The notes beneath the pieces are model-generated. The model ran no database searches, was not told the DNA's origin, and was given only the letters and a program-made list of their open reading frames with translations. DNA of 14,871 nt from Candidatus Buchananbacteria bacterium (GTDB lineage Bacteria; Patescibacteriota; Patescibacteriia; Buchananbacterales; UBA6539). Shown here piece by piece: positions 13,373-14,871 of this stretch. The position numbers and the translations under genes are program-made. Location: contig JBAYJS010000025.1 in assembly GCA_041664985.1 (NCBI GenBank), forward strand, positions 1-14,871, in the 5' to 3' direction. Position 1 is the stretch's first letter. The number at the start of each line of letters is the position of its first letter.

Positions 13373-14871
13373 TTACATCATGCCCATTCCGCCCATGCCC
13401 GGCATACCCCCGTGATTATGATCATCTTCTTTTTGCGGTATATCGGTAATAACGGTTTCCATGGTAATCAAAGTTGAAGCGATTGAAACGGCATTTTCCA
13501 AAGCCGTCCGAGTGACTTTCATCGGATCAACAATTCCGGATTTAAGCATATCAACTTTTTTGCCGGTATTGAAATCATAACCGGAATTGGCGTCTTTGAT
13601 ATCTTTAATTTCATTTAAAATCAAAGAAATATCTTTAATCCCGGCATTGGCGGCAATTTGACGCAACGGCGCAGATAACGATTGCTGAATAATTTTAGCC
13701 CCGATTTTTTCGTCATCGCTTAATTCAATCCCCTGCTCTTTAAGTAAATCATTTAAAGCATTGGCAATTTTTACTAAAGCCGCACCACCGCCAGGCACCA
13801 CACCTTCTTCGACGGCCGCTTTGGTTGCGTTTAAAGCGTCTTCAATTTTGAATTTCTTTTCTTTCATTTCCGTTTCGGTTGCCGCACCAACTTTAATCAC
13901 ACCCACGCCACCGGAAAGTTTGGCCAACCGTTCGTGTAATTTTTCTTTATCAAACTGGGAATCAGACATTTCATATTCTTTTTTAATCTGGGCAACTCGA
14001 TCGGCAATTTTTTTCTTGTCGCCTTTGCCATCAATAACGGTAGTGTATTCTTTGGTTGAAACCACTTTGCGGGCTTGGCCCAAATGGTCAATGTCGGCTT
14101 TTTCCAATTTTAAACCAACGTCTTCAGAAATTACCGTACCGCCGGTCAAAACCGCGATATCGGCAAGCATTTCTTTTCTGCGATCGCCAAAGCCGGGGGC
14201 TTTAACGCCCAAAACATTGAAAGTGCCGCGTAATTTATTAACGACAAAAGTCGCTAAAGCTTCGCCTTCAATTTCATCAGCGATAATGACCAATTCTTTT
14301 TTGCCGCTTTGAGCGATTTTTTCCAGTAAGGGCAAAATATCATGAATGGCTGAAATTTTTTGATCGGTAATTAAAATATGAGGTTCTTCAAAATCCGCTT
14401 CCATGCGTTCGGCGTTTGTCACCATATAGTGAGAAACATAACCTTTGTCAAAGCGCATGCCAGAAACCACTTCTTTTTGTAAACCAAAAGTTTGACTTTC
14501 TTCAACGGTAACCACACCGTCTTTGCCGACTTCTGCCATAATATCGGCAATCATTTCGCCAACCTGTAAATCCAAAGAAGAAATAGTGGCAACTTGAGCG
14601 ACTTCTTTTTTGTCTTTAATTGGCATGGTAATTTTTTTCAAACCTTCGATGGCGGCATTAACGGTTTTTTGCATACCGCTTTTTAAAGCTAACGGATCAG
14701 TGCCGGCAGCAACATTTTTCAAACCTTCTTCAATAAAAGCTTGGGCCAAAACCGTGGCCGTGGTGGTACCGTCACCGGCAACGTCATTGGTTTTTTCCGC
14801 CACTTCTTTAATCAAAGAAGCACCAACATTTTCAAATTTATCTTCCAATTCGATTTCTTTGGCAATGGTAA
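13373..14871 (-). CDS. groL: chaperonin GroEL (60 kDa), C-terminal ~500 aa; the N-terminus lies beyond the right edge
   Basis: [29 protein letters not shown] and [13 protein letters not shown] are present. The C-terminal tail is [12 protein letters not shown]. The frame is open to the window end. The track start at 14848 is internal. Confidence 0.92.
   Translation of the reverse strand, partial: TIAKEIELEDKFENVGASLIKEVAEKTNDVAGDGTTTATVLAQAFIEEGLKNVAAGTDPLALKSGMQKTVNAAIEGLKKITMPIKDKKEVAQVATISSLDLQVGEMIADIMAEVGKDGVVTVEESQTFGLQKEVVSGMRFDKGYVSHYMVTNAERMEADFEEPHILITDQKISAIHDILPLLEKIAQSGKKELVIIADEIEGEALATFVVNKLRGTFNVLGVKAPGFGDRRKEMLADIAVLTGGTVISEDVGLKLEKADIDHLGQARKVVSTKEYTTVIDGKGDKKKIADRVAQIKKEYEMSDSQFDKEKLHERLAKLSGGVGVIKVGAATETEMKEKKFKIEDALNATKAAVEEGVVPGGGAALVKIANALNDLLKEQGIELSDDEKIGAKIIQQSLSAPLRQIAANAGIKDISLILNEIKDIKDANSGYDFNTGKKVDMLKSGIVDPMKVTRTALENAVSIASTLITMETVITDIPQKEDDHNHGGMPGMGGMGMM

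Noticed and set aside
13761-14312. 183-aa plus-strand ORF antisense to groL
   Set aside because: The Ala/Pro/Ser/Thr-rich translation is the classic antisense-of-GroEL artefact. The GroEL frame is unambiguous.

Overview
This 14.9-kb window has an AT-rich backbone (~35-40% GC by eye) with several higher-GC segments, so its composition is mosaic. Minus-strand genes, left to right in window coordinates: a partial acidic hypothetical protein (<1..308); a membrane-anchored protein (350..1195); a multi-TM SPFH/band-7 protein (1501..3036); a small VirB2/TrbC-like 'pilin' of the type abundant in Patescibacteria/CPR genomes (3269..3655); prolipoprotein diacylglyceryl transferase Lgt (3679..4527); PEP synthase PpsA (5017..7410); pyruvate kinase (7467..8954); and a partial GroEL (13373..>14871). 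A ~57% GC block at 1..3060 carries the SPFH operon. A GC-rich ~370-nt non-coding region (4553..4932) sits between ppsA and lgt, flanked by rho-independent terminators; it is a candidate structured RNA of unknown class. Plus-strand genes are a small 8-Cys zinc-ribbon protein (9533..9730) and a ~50% GC operon: B12-binding radical SAM enzyme (10694..11986) plus sulfotransferase-family protein (12026..13192). That operon is divergent from a TrmB-family regulator (9760..10536) and has a palindromic operator-like site over its -35. Other oddities: two GC-rich in-frame insertions in lgt and pyk that share an identical 11-mer, a GATAAG iteron/25-nt tandem repeat block upstream of pyk, and a non-canonical Cys motif in the radical SAM enzyme. 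The rSAM-sulfotransferase module and the SPFH island are the best candidates for an undescribed system. All calls rest on reading the sequence by eye; no database searches were run.
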